Shown here piece by piece: positions 62,040 to 64,000 of a stretch of DNA of 64,000 bases. The stretch's first letter is position 1; every line of letters begins with the position of its first letter. Source of the DNA: Octopus sinensis (taxonomy: Eukaryota); contig NC_042997.1 in NCBI RefSeq assembly GCF_006345805.1, forward strand, positions 170,376,001 through 170,440,000, read 5' to 3'. Both the position numbers and the translations under genes were made by a program. The notes under the pieces are model-generated. The model saw nothing but the letters and a program-made list of their open reading frames with translations, did no database searches and was not told where the DNA came from.

Positions 62040-62810
62040 AAAAGAAGGGTCTGAGCATTGTATAATAAATTGGCTACAAGAAAACTCTTGACAGTATTAT
62101 CTACTTGTGGAATCACTAGTTATGCGTAAAGTAGCACCAGTAATAAGGAGATAGATGAAACGTCATGAGAAAATGACAAACAGTTTTGCAGTTACAGACC
62201 ACCAAATGAATTATAAAAAACTAAACCTGGCTTAATTAGAAGAGGAATCTATCAGGGGACTCACTCTCTCCACTCTTTTTCTCTTAGCACTTCATCCTTT
62301 ACTTTGTCATGTTCCATAGAATTGGACATGGATACAAATGCTATGGCAAGATAGTTAACCACTTTTTGTATATGAAGTTGTATGATGCAAACAATAAACA
62401 ATGAGAAACACTGCTGCAGACAGTACACAGACTCACCAAAGGAATCAGCTTGAGACTAGGCTTAGTAAACTGTGCTCAGGTAACCCTGAAGAAAGGAAAA
62501 TTATTTAAGAACATTAATATCATATTTGATAAGGAAACTGAGATAAAAGAATCAGACCACAAAACATAGAAATACTTTGGAATCAATACACTAGGGTAAA
62601 AAAAAGTGAAAGATCATAGATTTTGCAATTACATATTATAGAGTGGGTTTGCCAGAGTGATGGAAAGATGGTGAAAAACAAAGGTGACAATTGTTCCTAT
62701 AGTAATTGATGCACTTGGCACAACATCTAAACTGCTATCACAGGCGAAGGATATTGGAATTGAGACATGTATTAACAGCATGCAGAAATGTGCCATCTAT
62801 ATGCTGCAAG
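62040..62810 (+). mobile_element. Decayed R4/Dong-like LINE RT fragment
   Basis: IRRGIYQG(D)SLSPL with a 1-nt deletion at 62235 and VNHFLYM..KLY at 62354 (DDL lost). Confidence 0.55.
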
Positions 62811-62817
62811 ACTCCTA

Positions 62818-63230
62818 GGCGCAGGAGTGGCTGTGTGGTAAGTAGCTTGCTAAACAACCACATGGTTCCAGGTTCAGTCTCACTGCGTGGCATCTTGGGC
62901 AAGTGTCTTCTGCTATAGCCTCGGGCCGACCAATGCCTTGTGAGTGGATTTGGTAGACAGAAACTGATAGAAGCCTGTCGTATATATGTATATATATATA
63001 TGTATGTGTGTGTGTTTGTGTCTGTGTTTGTCCCCCTAGCATTGTTTGACAACCGATGCTGGTGTGTTTACGTCCCCGTTACTTAGCGGTTCGGCAAAAG
63101 AGACCAATAGAATAAGTACTGGGTTTACAAAGAATAAGACCCGGGGTCGATTTGCTCGACTAAAGGCGGTGCTCCAGCATGGCCGCAGTCAAATGACTGA
63201 AACAAGTAAAAGAGTAAAAGAGTAAAGAGT
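62818..63230 (+). mobile_element. SINE family A (full length, young)
   Basis: ggcgcaggagtggctgtgtggtaagtagc head, internal (TA)/(TG), (GAGTAAAA)n tail. Confidence 0.92.
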
Positions 63231-63702
63231 AAATATTCTTGACATTTGTGGAGTCTTGTTGTCACCAAACCTCATGGTAACATCCCTGCTAATTAAATTA
63301 GCATGTAATAGTTTTTGAATAATAATTGTTTCAGAAATTTGGTGGGAGGGAAACTGCTGATTAAACAGATCCCAGTACTTGATTGATATTTTAGTTTATC
63401 AAACTCAGATGGATGGAAAAGCTGACCTTGGTTGAATTTGAAATCAGAGTGTGAAGGTCCACAACTATAAGCATTTTTTTTATATATCTCAAAAACCTTA
63501 CAGTGATGTCAAAATGAAAAACAATATTTACATGATAGTATATATTTTTTCTTGTAACCTCTTCATCATCATTGACAAATGTAATATACATCACTACATG
63601 TTATCTTAGAATTATTTTTGCTCTAGCCAATAACTTATTCATGTAAATTAAAGTAAATTATAAAAGTCATCATTTTTAAAATTCAATTCTGTTTCTTCAT
63701 AG

Positions 63703-63941
63703 ATGCGAAAAGATCTTTTACAATGGGATAGTGCTCTCCAACTTGCTAAAGTTTTAGATCCGGAAAGTATTCCATTCATTTCTTTGGAGTCAGCTGAAGA
63801 ATTGGAACTCACTGGGAAATACATGGAAGCCCTTAACCATTATGAACAAGGCATTACCAATCAGAAAGAAGATGAAGAACACAATAAAACCTGTGCTGGA
63901 GGTACAGCTCGCATGGCCATTCGAATTGGAGATATCAGGCG
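63703..63941 (+). CDS. WDR19: WDR19 exon (last in window), [27 protein letters not shown]...[11 protein letters not shown]
   Basis: ttcttcatag / CG|gtaagt; near-identical to [31 protein letters not shown]...MSIRMGDIRRG; 239 nt. Confidence 0.98.
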
Positions 63942-64000
63942 GTAAGTATTGAGAACCTTGGATCATTTGCTGACAGAAGAAGAATGATGTATGTATGTGT

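Overview
AT-rich, intron-dominated animal genomic DNA, most likely an octopus/coleoid cephalopod. That assignment is inferred from the repeat families and is not proven here. The whole window lies inside one + strand gene, WDR19/IFT144 (IFT-A core subunit). I could join 15 internal coding exons (1355-63941, 1773 nt, all GT-AG, phases consistent, no stops) into one reading frame running from the WD40 propellers into the TPR region; both ends of the gene lie outside the window. The introns are mostly mobile DNA: RTE LINE bodies and about 19 3'-tail fragments ending in (GAT)n, CR1/CRE/R4-like LINE remnants, three tRNA-headed SINE families, mariner, hAT and piggyBac MITEs, a Helitron with both termini, and microsatellites. 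No bacterial-type features (CRISPR, operons) and no genuine tRNA/rRNA genes were found. The best leads are two Penelope-type minimal hammerhead ribozyme motifs on the antisense strand (52562-52609 with an intact core; 9357-9394 decayed), several fold-back elements that would make long dsRNA in the pre-mRNA (one starts 15 nt after a splice donor; one is a 66-bp near-perfect snap-back hairpin), and a structured ~61-bp two-hairpin tandem array in the RTE 3' UTR.
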